From: the human T2T-CHM13v2.0 reference genome, Homo sapiens
NCBI RefSeq assembly: GCF_009914755.1
Contig: NC_060935.1
Strand: one strand, 5' to 3'
DNA: 64,000 nt
A program made the translations under genes and the position numbers. A model generated the notes under the pieces. That model did not search any database. It had not been told where the DNA came from and worked only from the letters and a program-made list of their open reading frames with translations. Shown here piece by piece: positions 1 to 14,364 of the stretch; within the stretch, counting starts at the first letter, position 1, and each line of letters opens with the position of its first letter.

Positions 1-925
1 ACCCATCTGACAAACATCTAACATCCAGAATCTACAAGGAACTTAAACAAATTTACAAGAATAAAACAACCCCATCAAAAAGTGGGCAAAGGATATGAAC
101 AGACACTTCTCAAAAGAAGACATTTATGTGGCCAACAACATATGAAAAAAAGCTCAACGTCACTGATCATTAGAGAAATACAAATCAAAACCACAATGAG
201 ATACCATCTCACGCCAGACAGAATAGCGATTATTAAAAAGTCAAGAAACAATAGATGCTGGCAAGGCTGTGGGGAAATAGGAATGCTTTTACACTCTTGG
301 TGGGAATGTAAATTAGTTCAACCACTGTGGAAGACAGTGCGGCGATTCCTCAAGAATCTAGAACCAGAAATACCATTTGACCCAACAATCCCATTACTGG
401 GTATATAACCAAAGGAATAGAAATCATTCTATTATAAAAACGTATGCACACTTACATTTATTACAGCACTATTTATAATAGCAAGGACATGGAGCCAACC
501 CAAATGCCCATCAATGATAGGCTGGATAAAGAAAATGTGGTACACATACACCATGGAATACTATGCAGCCATAAAAAGGAATGAGAGATCATGTCCTCTG
601 CAGGGACATGGATGAAGCAGGAAGCCATCATCCTCAGCAAATGAACACAGGAACAGAAAACCAAACACTACATGTCCCCTCACTCATAAGTGGGAGTTGA
701 ACAATGAGAACACATGGACACAGGGAGAGGAACAACACACACCAGGGCCTGTGGAGGGTGGAAGGGGAGGGAGAGCTTCAGGACAAATAGTTAATGCATG
801 AAGGGCTTAAAACCTAGATGACAGGTTGAGAGGTGCAGCAAACTACCATGGCATACGTATACCTGTGTAACAAACCTGAAGGTTCTGCACATGTCTCCCA
901 TGACTTAGTGTAAAATAAAATTTTA
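1..925 (+). mobile_element. L1PA-type LINE-1 3' end (ORF2 C-terminus plus 3'UTR)
   Basis: ORF 82-408 translates to the L1 ORF2 C-terminal cysteine-rich region ([39 protein letters not shown]). It is followed by a typical L1 3'UTR and an A-rich end near 910-925. Confidence 0.92.
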
Positions 926-1622
926 AAATGTGGTACATATACCCCATGAAATGCCATAATACTAGGCAGCCATAAAAATGAATGATGGCCGGGTGTGGTG
1001 GCTCATGCCTGTAATCCCAGCACTTTGGGAGACCGAGGTGGGTGGATCAAGAGGTCAGGAGTTCAAGACCAACCTGGCCAAGATGATGAAACCCCATCTC
1101 TACTAAAAATACAAAAATTAGCCAGGCGTGGTGGCACGTGTCTGTAATCCCAGGTACTTGGGAGGCTGAGGCAGAGAATTGCTTAAATCCAGGAGACAGA
1201 GGTTGCAGTGAGCCAAGATCATGCCACTGCACTCCAACCTGGGCGACAGAGTGAGACTCCATCTCAAAAAAAAAAAAAAAAAGAAGAAGAAGAATGAAAT
1301 CATGTCCTTTGCAACAACATGGATGCAGCTGGAGGTCATTATCCTAACCAAATTAACGCAGGAAAAGAAAACTAAATACCACATGTTCTCATTTATAAGT
1401 GGGAGCCAAACATTGGGTAAACATGGACATAAAGATTGAAACAATAAATACCAGCGACTACCTGGGGAGGAAGTAAGGGGGCAAAGACTGAAAAACTACC
1501 TATTAGATACTATGCTCAGCACCTGGGTGACAGGATTAATCATACCCCAAACCTCAGCATCACACAATCTATCTTCATGTGTATCCCTTGAATCTAAAAT
1601 AAAAGTTGAATTTATTTTTAAA
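926..1622 (+). mobile_element. Second, older L1 3' end (L1PA15-17/L1PB-like), split by an Alu
   Basis: The [18 protein letters not shown] motif resumes after the Alu. The 3'UTR contains cacctgggtgacagg...ccccaaacctcagcatcacacaat and ends aataaaagttg. Confidence 0.8.
987..1292 (+). mobile_element. AluS (Sg/Sc-like)
   Basis: Dimeric Alu from ggccgggtgtggtggctca to a poly-A/(GAA)n tail. Confidence 0.95.
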
Positions 1623-1649
1623 AAGTACTTTTTTTGTTGGATGAGTGAT

Positions 1650-1705
1650 ACATTAGAAATAACATATCTGGATTTCAGCAAAACACTTGACAAATGGTCT
1701 CAAAT
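1650..1705 (+). mobile_element. Possible L3/CR1 LINE reverse-transcriptase fragment
   Basis: Translates ITYLDFSKTLDKWSQ, resembling the CR1-type RT motif IYLDFSKAFDKV. Confidence 0.4.
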
Positions 1706-1929
1706 ATCTTTACTGTACTATATATTTCTTATAGTAGACCCTGTTTTAATCACCCTTTGTATCTTTAGCATCTATCTGGCATAAAAAATAAACGTTTGTT
1801 GAATTTAATTAATCAAGCCTTGTGGATATATGAATAAATGCAAGCTAAATGTTAGCATGCTCAACAAAGTTTCTAATAATATGTAAAATGACAGAATTAG
1901 GACCCCAAAAGATCTCAAAAAAAAACCAT

Positions 1930-2320
1930 AAAGAGTAAGAAAGAGCATATAACCACAGATACAAAAAAGAAGAAAAGAAAACAATATGTCAACTTTGTGC
2001 CAATATATTTTTTAAATCTAGATAAAATAGTGGGTTTCTCAGTAAAATATAATTACCAACTGTCTCAAGAAAGAATAGAAAATATGAATAGACCAATAAA
2101 ATATTGTTAAATATCTACCTCTTTAAAAAGTATGAAGATCAAATGGTTTTATAGGTAAGATTTTTTAACCCTTAAGAACTGACAATTCCTATGCTCTCCA
2201 AATTATTCCAGAGCATAGACAAAAATGGGAGCTTGCTATTCATTTCACAAAGATGGCAAGACGCTACTATCAAAACCCTTATAAAGATAGCACCAAAATA
2301 AATGAATCATAGATACAGAT
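1930..2320 (+). mobile_element. Ancient L1M ORF2 fragment
   Basis: Degenerate match to the L1 ORF2 segment after the endonuclease (…ctagataaaat…gaatagaaaatatgaatagaccaata…ctccaaattattccag). Confidence 0.65.
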
Positions 2321-2457
2321 TCATATATACACTTAATGCCTAAGTGTCAATTTACTCATCCATAAATTGGGAATAATATATACTTCACAGGGGTAAGGTA
2401 TGCCTTAGATAATGCTTGGCACATAATATATTCAATATATAAAATAAAGCTTTTGCA

Positions 2458-2906
2458 TTATTTTTCAACTGACACATAATAATTGTACATGTTTGCAAGG
2501 TACATAGTGATATTCTGATACATGTGTACAATGTGTAATGATCAAAAGCAGGGTAATATCCATCACCTCAAAGATTTACCATTTGTTTTGGGAACATTCA
2601 ATCCTCTCTTCTAGCTATTTGAAAATATATAATAAATTACTTTTAGCTATAGTCACCATGCAGTGCTGTAGAACACTAGAACTTATTCCTTCTATCTAGC
2701 TATAATTTTATATTTGTTAACCAACCTCTCCTATCCCCTCTGCTCCTCTATCCTTCTCAGCCTCTAGTAACCACTATTCTACTGTCTACTTTTATGAGAT
2801 CAACTTTTTCAGCTTCCATATATGAGTGACAACATGTAGAACAGGATTTCATTCTTTTTTATGGATGAATAATATTTCATTGTGTATATATATATGTATA
2901 TATGTG

Positions 2907-2943
<37 letters not shown>

Positions 2944-2952
2944 ATATGTATA

Positions 2953-3012
<60 letters not shown>

Positions 3013-3392
3013 CACACACCACATTTTCTTTATCTGTTGGTAGACACTTAGGTTGATTCCATGTTATTGTGAATAGTGCTGTAATAAACATAAGAGGGCA
3101 GATATCTCTTCCATATACTGATTCCCTTTCCTTTGACTAGATACCAAACAATGGAATTGCTGGATCATATGGTAGTTCTATTTTTAGTTTTTTGAGAATC
3201 CTCCACACTGTTTTCCATAATGGCTGTACTAATGTACATTCCTACCAATAGTATATAAGAGTTCCTTTTCTCTGCATTCTCATCAGCATTTTTTTGTCTT
3301 TTTGATTATAGCCATACTAACTGGGGCGAGATAATATCACCTTGTGGTTTTGATTTGTATCTCCCTGATGATTAGTAATGTTGAGCAATTTA
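2458..3392 (-). mobile_element. L1MA-type 3' end
   Basis: Reverse-strand L1 3'UTR and ORF2 end ([17 protein letters not shown]). It contains an internal (TA)n expansion. Confidence 0.85.
2881..3018. repeat. Interrupted (TA)n microsatellite
   Basis: About 135 bp of TA repeats with TG/CA interruptions. Confidence 0.97.
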
Positions 3393-4663
3393 TAAGACAA
3401 AACTTTAGCCAAGTTATCCAAGCATTCTTTCATTCTAAGTACCTATTAGGTGCCAGGCACTGCTCCAGTCACCTTTTAGTTTAATTTTTATTAAACAATG
3501 AACAAACAGACAAAATTCCTGTCTACATGAAGCTTACATCCTGGTGGAAAGGAGGAAGTAATTCCCTATTGTTGATCCCTTAGCATGCATTGGACGATCA
3601 CTTAAATGGAATCACACCACAAAAAAGGGAACTGGAACACCCTTTCAATTCTAAAGTTCCATAATGCAAAGACTATGAGTTTATGATTTGAGGTAAAAAT
3701 ACCCAAAATGCATTCCCAAGCTCTAATAGATCCATGAAAGGCTTGTAACAACTACCAAACCACTACCATCTCCTCCAGTATCATCATCTTGACATTGTTG
3801 CCTGCAGGGAGCCCCTTTGACTTTACAGCTGCCCACTCAAATAGCATATCATCTATCCGTTTAGATGGTGAACACATAGATGCCCCCACTGCTACAGCTA
3901 CTGTCCTTTTTCCACTGCTGCCTTCACTAGGAAAACAGTATGGAATGATTAGTAAGAGTTTACCTATTGTCATGAGGCAAACCTGGGTTCAACTCCTACA
4001 GTCTACTGCCTTCAAAAAGGAACCTTCTGGGACCTAGTGGTCGAGCCTATAATTCCTGGCCATGCTGGGCTGAAGCTAAGCACCTCCTGAGACACTGGGG
4101 TCCACATCAAAAAAGCTTGACAGAAACAGAGGGTCACCAACTCAACACCACAGCGGCCTTCACCCACAGCCTTCTGTGGCCTAGAAATCTAGTCTGCAAT
4201 CACTGGCCAAGCCAGGCTGCACCTAGGCCTGCCCTGGGAAATGCCTCCTGGGTCAAGCATCCTGTTTGTTTGCTAGCTGCTGCCTCTTTAAACTCTGTCA
4301 CTGCATCTTCAGTTACTGCTACATCACAAATCTAGCCCTGAGAAAATTCATATCCAAATTCACTCTGTGCCCAAATCAACTAGTCTCCACAAACTATGAA
4401 ACTCAAAAATGAAGAGGTTATAATAAAGGAATTTTAGTTCCAATAGATTTGTTGATTTGCAGTTGAAGTGGTTCTCAAAGTACCTATTACTACAGAACAG
4501 CTAGAATTATCTCAAAGGTACTCAAACGTCACTGTGTTGGGGAAATTGTAGGATTAGTTCACATTACGTTTCAGTAGTATTCATTTTTACCCCTTAAATA
4601 AAGTATTTTGAATAATGTACTCCTTACTTTGGGCCAAATTCTTCTTTTAAAGACATTTGTTTT

Positions 4664-4850
4664 AATAATAGCTAATGCTTATATGACACCTATTCTTATG
4701 TGTGCCAAGCACTGTTCTAAGCACTTATATGTACTCATTTAACCCTTAAAACAACCCTAAGAAGTAGGTACTGTTTTACAGGTAAGGAAACTGAGGCCTG
4801 AAGAGATTAAAACAACAGGCCAAAGTTCATACTGTTAGAAAGTGGTGGAG
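4664..4850 (-). mobile_element. MIR SINE
   Basis: MIR core in reverse: gcactgttctaagcac…acaaccct…ttttacaggtaaggaaactgaggc. Confidence 0.8.
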
Positions 4851-5035
4851 TATGCTTTTTACCACAAGTTCATTTCATCCCAAGCTAACTCTCGAGCACT
4901 GTACAGGTTAGAGAAATAAAATTAGAGTCAGTATAGGATTTCTACTCTTCAAGATGCTTGACAAAAAATACTAAAAACAGGTTTTCAAACACAGCATTAA
5001 TGGGGCGGGGGAGTCAACAAAGACTCAACGGAGAA

Positions 5036-5354
5036 TTTTTTTTTTTTTACTTTTTTTTTTTTTTTTTTTTTTGAGACAGGGTCTCACTTTGTCACCCAGG
5101 CTGTAGTGCAGTGGCGTGATCACGGTTTGCCACAGCCAGGACCTTCCAGGCTCAAGCAGTCCTCCCACTTCAACCTCCAGAATAGCTGGAACTACAGGCA
5201 CATGCCACCACACCTGGCTAATTTTAGTATTTTTTGTACAGACAGGGTTTTGCCATGTTTCCCAGGCTGGTCTTGAACTCCTGGGCTTAAGCAATCCACC
5301 TGCCTCAGCCTCCCAAAGTGCTGGGATTGCAGGCATGAGCCACTGTGCCCAGCT
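5036..5354 (-). mobile_element. AluJ
   Basis: Poly-T followed by gagacagggtctc…ctcctgggcttaagcaatcc (J-type diagnostics). Confidence 0.92.
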
Positions 5355-5885
5355 GAGAATATTTTAAACTTTGGGGACAAGGAAAGGTTCAAAGCTTCAG
5401 TCTTTTCAATAGTACATTGCTCTAAAATTGAAATCTAAGCAATAACCTTCAGGCTGAAACGATTACTAAGTGCTTAAAAAGAATTTAAGCATCTATATCT
5501 AAAAAGAAATTTTAAAAGGCCCAGTTCTTGCTTAATGGCTGCTCACTGTCTACTGCAATAAATCACTTTTCATATAATAAAATACCAAATGAGAGATAAC
5601 TGGCCTCAGTGGCCTCCCTGTACATTGCTGAAACAGGAAAAAAAAATAACATAAATTCAGAAAGAAGTTTAGAGGTAATAAGAGGTGGGGAGAAATTAAA
5701 GAAAAAAAGGAAAGAAAACAAGTGTTTCTGTCTAAATACAGAGAGAGACCTACTACTGGATGCAATAAATATCAGAGATGGCTTGCCTAAAAGCCAAGAG
5801 CCAACCATCAGTGACCTTCAAGGACTTACTTAGGCAACACAGTACTCTCCCTTAGCAGGAGAAGAGCCTTAGAAGAAAAAAGATA

Positions 5886-6115
5886 GCCTGGGCAAGACAG
5901 TGAGATCCCCTGTCTCTAAAAATAAAAATAAAAATTTTTTGATTAGCTGGACATGGTGGTGTTCACCTACAGTCCCAGCCACTCCAGAGGACAAGGTGAG
6001 AGAATCCTTTGAGCCCAAGAGTTCAAGAATGCAGTGAGCTGTAATCACACCACTGCACTCCAGCCTGGGTGAGAGAGTGAGAGACTGTCTGTAAAAAAAA
6101 AGAAAAGGAAAAAAG
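5886..6115 (+). mobile_element. 5'-truncated AluJ
   Basis: End of the left arm, A-rich linker, and a right arm with tttgagcccaagagttcaag, followed by an A tail. Confidence 0.88.
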
Positions 6116-6569
6116 ATAATGGGTTATCAAATAGAAATGAATTATCTAACTGGTCCAAAGGAAAGATAATTTGAGAATTTCTTTATATGAATGTGAAGCT
6201 CATAGAAGTACAGACAGTCCTTGTTTTGCATTATACCATAACTGAAACTAGTGCATAGTGCAGCCATGTCCCCACTTTGCATGATTCTGTAATAACTGAG
6301 ATCAAACTATGACATGAGAATTGTGTAAAGTTGGGATCAGAGCTATACAAAGTGAAGACAGGGTTATGATGTACAAGACTTTCAGTTAACACCATGCCAT
6401 GCAAAGCAAGGACTGCCTTAATAAACACACCTGCTGAAATTCAACACCACATAATAATATGTTCAGTTCCTTATTATCCCTATTATCCAAGCTCCTTATT
6501 ATCTGGTCTGTAGATTACCTGGGGAAAATCTCTTAGCTTAACTTGCATGTTACAGAGAGCTGCATTTAT

Positions 6570-6870
6570 ATGGCAGAAATACCATAGAACTTCAAGGCAG
6601 GACATCTAGGTTTAGATTTGGTTCTGCCATTTAATGGCTATGTAAACTTGGGCATGTCATTTTTCCTTTCTAAACCTTAAGTTCCTTTCCTATAAAACTA
6701 AAATAATGACATCTACCTCCCAGGGCTGTTGTGTAGATTAAATAATAAAATAATAATCACTAATGTTTAATGAGAGCTTACAACATATCAAGTACTGTTC
6801 CAAGTGTATTAGCTTAATAAAACCTCTCAAAAAATAGTATATAGGTACTATTATTATCACCATCTTATGA
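6570..6870. mobile_element. Two MIR fragments in opposite orientations
   Basis: The plus-strand core is ggttctgccatt…aaacttgggc…cagggctgttgtg. A reverse fragment follows (aagtactgttccaagtg…ataggtactattattatc). Confidence 0.6.
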
Positions 6871-8099
6871 AAGCATCCAGAAATATGTCTATGTGTGGTA
6901 ACGGCTCAATATATGTTTGGTGATATGCATCCAGTTCATTAACCAATATTATCTCCATCCATGGAAATAAATAGATACTGAAAAGAAAGTGAGAAAATCA
7001 GAAATCTGTTCATTTATTAAATGCTTCAAAAAACTGGTGTAAGAAGAGAACTAAGTTGTTAATGAAAATAGGGGTGTTATTTATTCCTAGAGATTCCTTT
7101 ATCCTCCTTCTCTTGAGTGCTAGTTGCACTCCAAGATTCTGGAAGAGGTTAACTAACAGACTTCAAAGACAGCCAACTCTGCTGGTGACAGAAACCATAC
7201 TCAAAAAACCTGGCACTGGCCACTGCTGCCAGTCCAGCCAAACACACGCAATGAATTGATGGCTGTGTCCCAATGCCCTGCCTATTTCATCCAGCCCAAC
7301 CTCCTTCACAGGCACAACCCTCCAGATGCTAACACTTCCTTCCTTTCTAAAGTTCTCATTAGACACTTTAGGTTAGAAAGCAAGAGCACTCTCCAGGAGC
7401 ACACTATGGAAATATACTCTATGAAAAGCTGTATGGAAAAGTGAAGGGAAGCAGCTAGAAATAGTGTTATCGTTTTTGCTCATGAGTCTACTAGCATGAA
7501 TTCATATATTAAATTAAATTCCTAGCATTTGTCACTTTAGAAGGCACAGTGGACATGGTGCTTGAAAGTTCTATATAAAGGGGAAGCACAGAACACTATC
7601 CCAGATGGATATCAGCAGAGTGTCAGAGCTCAAACCTCTTTGGAGATCATCAAACTTCCCAATCACCAACGAAAGAACTAATTCCTAGAGAGAAGTGACT
7701 TAGCCAAAGTCACCCAAAGTTTATTGGTAGAGCTGAAACTCCCAAACTGGATTTTTGCTACTATAGCAAATTGCCCAGGAAATATACCAACGAGTTAGAG
7801 AAAAGAAGAAAAGAGAGTACTGATAATAATGTTTGCCTACAGCCATCCCTAAGTGCTGCCTTACTGTCCTTTCCCAGCTTCTGCTCTGATTTTATCTAAA
7901 TCCAAGGAAGGCTGGGTGCAGAAACAACAAAGAGCCCCAGACACTCAGGAGAGTAGTAATTCTCCACTTGACCCCCCTCTCCTGAACATGATAAATACAC
8001 TTAACTATGGAACTTTGCTGACCCCCTCACACCAACAAAATGACTCAAACTGCTTTGCCTTAAAGAATAAAAGATGGGTTAAATCTGCTTCCTTTCTCA

Positions 8100-8420
<321 letters not shown>

Positions 8421-9467
8421 CCATACTACTGCTTCCTGAACCTCAACACTGATCAATCTGTAGTCCTACTTCCTGTCCCAGGTTTCCAGTTATGGCTACA
8501 TTCTTCAGAGGGACTATGTCCCAGAAGAGTGTCATCTGGAGACCATGCATTTCCTCCTTGACTCATCATGCCCTCACCTCTCTTTCCACTCTTTTCTATT
8601 TCAGTAGTCTCCAAAGTGCGTACATACATCCTAGGAGTATACTACATAAATATGCTGCAGTATATTTATTTATTTTAAATGTAAGAAAAATTAATCCTTA
8701 CCTAGATTTAAATACAGATTGACAGATTGAGTCTATATGTCTTAATGTGCAACATCCAATATCAGAAGTATCCTGGGTAAAGAAAAGAGAATGATTGTAG
8801 ATAATATAATCTAGTTTTTTACTAAATTAACCCTGAACAAATGCCCAAGTGGTTTAAAATGATTCTTCCAAAAAAACTATAGCTTAAGGATAATATTAAT
8901 AATGTAGGCCTTAATGATAACAAGACCATGACAAAGCTGACATTTCTACAACTAGTAGTAGCTCAATAGCAGGCATATTACAGGATAGAAACAATGATGA
9001 TCCATGCATATCTGACAAAAAATAAGCCAAAATTTATTTAATCATCAAGAATACAATTTGAGATAGAGATTTATATCTAGTATCATTAACAATATACTTT
9101 GCCCTATTGTACTTTCAGATGTTAAGCAATATGAACCCTTTACAATCAGCAAGATATTTAAATACTAAGCACATCAATATAAATCTATATTGCTGCAATT
9201 TTTCCAACAATGTTTAAAATCATACAATGCTCAATCAGTACTTTACAAAATTTCACCAAACATAAAGTTAAATGTTGTGAAACCTCTTTGAAATTCTTTT
9301 ATAAAAGATAAAAAAGCTACATGCTATCAGAATAACACTTGTTCTTCCTGCTGCTATAAAAAAGGTTAAAATAATATACAAAAAAATAATATGACAACAA
9401 ACGTAAATACATTCCCTTAACTAAAAATCAGCACTGCGTAATGCAAAACTCTGGAGTCACCATTTAC

Positions 9468-9788
9468 CTAGAATGCAGTGTGAATGATGTCTTCTGGCAT
9501 TGTATAGGTGGTACTGCCAAAATGTTGAAAGACACATAGAAAACTTGGCTGAAGATTTGCAAAAAGAAATGTCAGGTAGGACGCTTGCTTTTCAGATGAA
9601 TGAATGTACATATTTCTCAACATGCCTCAGTTTATATTTAATAGGCAAAGTGCTAATTTTTAGTGAGCCATTTAAATATGTACCAGGAAAGATACCATCT
9701 CAACAACAAGTTCCTTTTTTAAGAAAGAAAAATTTTTAAGGAAAACTAAGGAAGTGAACCCACTGGTGAAGTGGTTGTCCTAGCTGAA
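9468..9788 (-). other. Candidate internal non-coding (5'UTR) exon, 321 nt
   Basis: Minus-strand acceptor ctctgtaatcttatccctttgttcctttag| and donor TAG|gtaaat bracket unique, non-repeat sequence. No transcript evidence is available here. Confidence 0.45.
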
Positions 9789-9929
9789 CTAAAGGAACAA
9801 AGGGATAAGATTACAGAGATAGTACCATGGACTTCACTAACTACATCATTCACAATCAAGCAATTGTAGCAAAATGTTGAAGCCCAGTGCTACATGATAA
9901 TGAAATTACTTTAAAAAATAGGCTTAGAG

Positions 9930-10470
9930 TAAGATAAATGGATAAAGAAAATGTGGTACATATTCACAATGGAGTACTATTTAGCCACAAAAAGAATGAG
10001 ATCCTGTCATTTGCAACAACATGAATGGAACTGGAGGTCATAATGTTCAGTGAAATAAGCCAGTCACAGAAAGACAAACTTCATATGTTATCACTTACAT
10101 GTGAGAGCTTAAAAAAAAAATTAAAACAATTGAACTCATGGAGACAGAGAGTAGAATGATGGTTACCAGAGGCTGGGAAGGGTAGTCAGGGAGGTGGGCA
10201 AGTGGATATGCTTAATGGTACAAAAATATAGATAGATCTAGTATTTGATAGCACAACACAGTGACTACAGTCAACAATAATTTATTGTACATTTTAAAAT
10301 AACTAAAGTATAATTGGACTGTTTGTAATACAAAGAAAGAAAAAATGCTTGAGGTGATAGATACCTCATTTATACTGATGTGATTATTATGCAATGTATG
10401 CCTGTATCAAAATATCTCATGTACCATATAAATATATACACCTATGTAACCACAAAAATTAATTTTAAAA
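9930..10470 (+). mobile_element. L1MA-type 3' end
   Basis: ggataaagaaaatgtggtacat…gagatcctgtcatttgcaacaacatg…ggttaccagaggctgggaagggtag…tcatgtaccatataaat. Confidence 0.88.
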
Positions 10471-10569
10471 AGGTCTGTATACCATGGTAAAATCTTTACA
10501 ATGCTTTGAAATGAGAAGGGGCATAAACATGAGAATTGTTTGCAGCATCCAGCAGTTCACTGCTTATAT

Positions 10570-10690
10570 TATGGTAGTTTCCAAACCTGAGAATAAAACT
10601 AATGTACCAAATGTGCTGAACTTTCATGTGATGACAAGAAGCTGTGAGTGTGTGTTACCAAACACATAGATTAGATAAATGGTTAGATAC

Positions 10691-10748
<58 letters not shown>

Positions 10749-11570
10749 TTCAGAAAGATAATTAGGTATATACATACAAACATAGAAGCAATCAAACTAA
10801 CTTAATCTGGTCTTCAAGGCAAAGGTGATATTTTATCAAATGAGAAGGTGAATGCTTTTCAAAACAGATTTATGTTATGAAAGAATATTTTGAAAACATG
10901 TTTGAAAATGATTCCATCATGGTGTGAATTTTGTTACCAAAAATTCTATGCTATCACTTACAAAAATTTTCATCTATTTTCAATTTAAAAATTGGTATCA
11001 GAATATTCTAACCTGTTTAGTGATGTTCCAAAAAGTTTCAACAGGTTTTGAGTCCATTTATTAAAAAATATTAAAATGCTATACCTTTGACCTCATTGGC
11101 AAAAACAACTAATTGTCATCAGGGAAGACAGAGGCTACAAGCCAAATTTTAACAAAATTATTTGCATACATTTGTATGTAATCAATTTGTGCAATCAATG
11201 ATGTTCTTCTCCCATTTGGATCTATTTTTCTTTCTGAGATATCATTTTCAGCTGTGGCAGCATTAAAGCCATGTAGCAAAGTAAAATAAACTTAGAATCA
11301 GATCTTTAAATTGCTTCATCACACTGTGTTAAACTGAGACTGTTAAAAATAACAAAGCATATTCGATTATAGGATTTGGGAGACCACAATTCATTTTAAA
11401 ATATTATTTCATCTATATCTCTTTCTTTTCTATATCTACAATATGTACAAGTTTATAACATATATTAGCAAAATAGTACATGTCTAAAATTTGAAATACA
11501 TATGTACATGTATTAGGGTTCATGAGCGTTTTGCTAAGGGCGTGCTCTATCCAAAATGTGGCAACCACTA
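10570..11570. mobile_element. Probable hAT-Charlie DNA transposon remnant
   Basis: TIR-like ends (tggtagtttccaaac … tgtggcaaccacta). The interior resembles degenerate Charlie transposase 3' sequence. Confidence 0.45.
10692..10747. repeat. (TAGA)14 tetranucleotide STR
   Basis: Perfect TAGA/GATA run counted directly from the sequence. Confidence 0.97.
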
Positions 11571-13044
11571 TTCTGTCAGAAGTTCTCCCGAACAAACCTT
11601 AAAATTGTCTTGCCAGAGGAATTCTTCCAGACTCAACCTTACCAGCAATATTCTCCAGCTGCATTTAGGCTATCTAGAATGCCTAAGATCTCTATTTCCT
11701 CTCCATGAATATCCCAAGTTATGCCCCTTTGACCTCAGGTACTGAAAATGTTTCCTACATTCACTCCAATCAATCAAGGAAGATACCAGCTATAGGTTAC
11801 TATGTGATAACACTGAAACAAGCATTTTATTAATTATCAAACATATTTACTTTTAAGATGCACTAGTAATATACATATTACTTAAATACATATATTAAAT
11901 AGACAGCTCATTTGGGACAAGTTAGAATGACCATATAATTTAACACCTCCCTTACTAAATTTAATAAAATCATATTTGTCTTTTAAATTATCTCAGATAT
12001 AAACTTGTTAAATGAGCAAAATTAATAACTATATAAGCATAGCCTCATAAAATGTAAAGAACATTAATACAAATGTCCTATTTTATTGGCATTTAAATTG
12101 CAGAAACTAGCACATATACAAATCAAAAAAGAAGAATAACAGCCCAAAGATGTGAAAGTAGTACTAAGAAAATGCAAAAGAACGTGGCAAGGCTAATGGA
12201 AATCCTCTCCACAAGAGTTCCCCTTTATTCTAGGCCTCAGAGAATCCCTGCAAATAATATACCAAGGAACATGATCAGCTCATTGAAATAAAAACAAAAC
12301 AAAACAGCTAAGCATAAGAGAAAATAAGGTGCCTTGAGCAAGAATCTTAAGAAAAAGCAGAGACCAGCTATGGCTCTCTGTAGTGAAATTATAGATACTG
12401 GAGTTATCAGCAAGCTATTTTAAAATAAATAGGTTAAAGAAATAAAAGATAAGCATAAAGCACATATAGATATTTCTATATCTGCCTATAAAGATTACCT
12501 CACCAATTTGAAAAAAAATCATTTGAACACACAGAAATGAAAAATATAATAAAATTAAAACTTCAAGGGATAGGTTTAAAGCACATTAAATAGAGCTGAT
12601 AAGAACAAGTGGCAAGGAGTCATGGAAATAGGGGAGTGCCCACCATCTTCCCAACATCCTTCTTTACTCAGGGTGAGCCATGACAAATGAATAATGGAAT
12701 ACTCTTTATAAACAGGGATGGATTTTGAGGGTCACAGATGATGATGGTCAGCTTTGAACACAGCGTAAAAGTAAAGACACCAAGGCCATGGATTTCTAGA
12801 CTATGTCTTTGGCCTTCATCACCTTTAAAATGAGTTATTCCTGCTTATATAAACGATGGGAAGAACGTTGAACAAATCAAAATCCACCTTTAGAAAAAAA
12901 AAAATCAGAATGCTCACCATATATGTTAGAAGTTTCTTCCCAAGTATTTAATTATACCATTTTCTTTCAATATGAAAATGAATGCAAAGGGCATAAAGTG
13001 ATATTTTTGTACTGTAATCAGACTTTCATAGAAAAATGACAACC

Positions 13045-13250
13045 AAGCACTTATTATGAACCAAACAAGGTACTAAGTGTGTTATGCACATCATCTCCTC
13101 AACCTTCACAATATCCTAGGAAGAAGGCATTAATATTCTCATTTAACACTTAAGGAAATAGATTCAGAGAGGATAAATAAATTGTAAATGGTAGAACAAA
13201 ATTTGATCCCGGGTGTGCTGATTCAAAAGCCCAAGCTCTTAACACCTAAA
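13045..13250 (-). mobile_element. MIR SINE
   Basis: Reverse MIR core (gtactaagtg…ccttcacaatatcct…aaggaaatagattcagagagg…attcaaaagcccaagctcttaac). Confidence 0.65.
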
Positions 13251-14052
13251 ACAGTATTGTTTTATACAAATAAATTCAGAATTAAAAAAGAAAAAATTCA
13301 TGTACAATATAAAGGGGTATACTTTTTATATGCTCTATTTACACAGCTCCTGATAACATTGATGAGCTTTCCATGTGGACATAACAAAGAAAGCAAACAC
13401 AAAACTTCACAACTAAGACACAGCTAATTATGAATGCTTTGGAAAACGGCCCAAGGTGTTTTCCAAACCTGTTAATTAAAAGTCAAGCTGTTTCTCATTC
13501 TTTCCCTGTCATGCCCTACATAAGAATATGAGTCTCTAAGTTCACTAGTCCTACCCAACACAGGTTGTATATATATGAATATATATACCTCAGAGAAAAT
13601 AAGCCTGTTACAAAATGCCATACAATTTAAAACACAAAAGTCAAAAGTATTCAGTGTACATGAGCCCACATTAGCATAGCTGTAAAATTACACAAACCTA
13701 TACAAAAACTACAAATGGACGCATTCTCTGGATTTACTGTTATCTGTAAACATTTAAAGAATCTGATATCAAAAAGCTAACAATTTCTTTAAAAATGCCT
13801 TTAAGGGTTGCAAGGTTACAATCCTTTTTTAAACCTCAATATATCTACTTTCATTGTGCATTGTTATAGTGGGAAAGGACTACAGCTAAGAAATTTTAAA
13901 ACAATAAAATTTTCCTTCCATATGTATTTAAGTCTCCAGAGTCAAGGGTAAAAAATGTTCCTGAGACTCAATTGATTAATATGCTGTTTTCCAAGTTATT
14001 TAAACTTTGTTCAGCTGCTATATTCTTTCAATTTTTATTTTCTTTTCGGTTT

Positions 14053-14364
<312 letters not shown>

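Noticed and set aside
2809-3091. YI/IY-repeat ORFs and Alu-derived ORFs in the ORF track
   Set aside because: They are translation artefacts of microsatellites and Alu elements.
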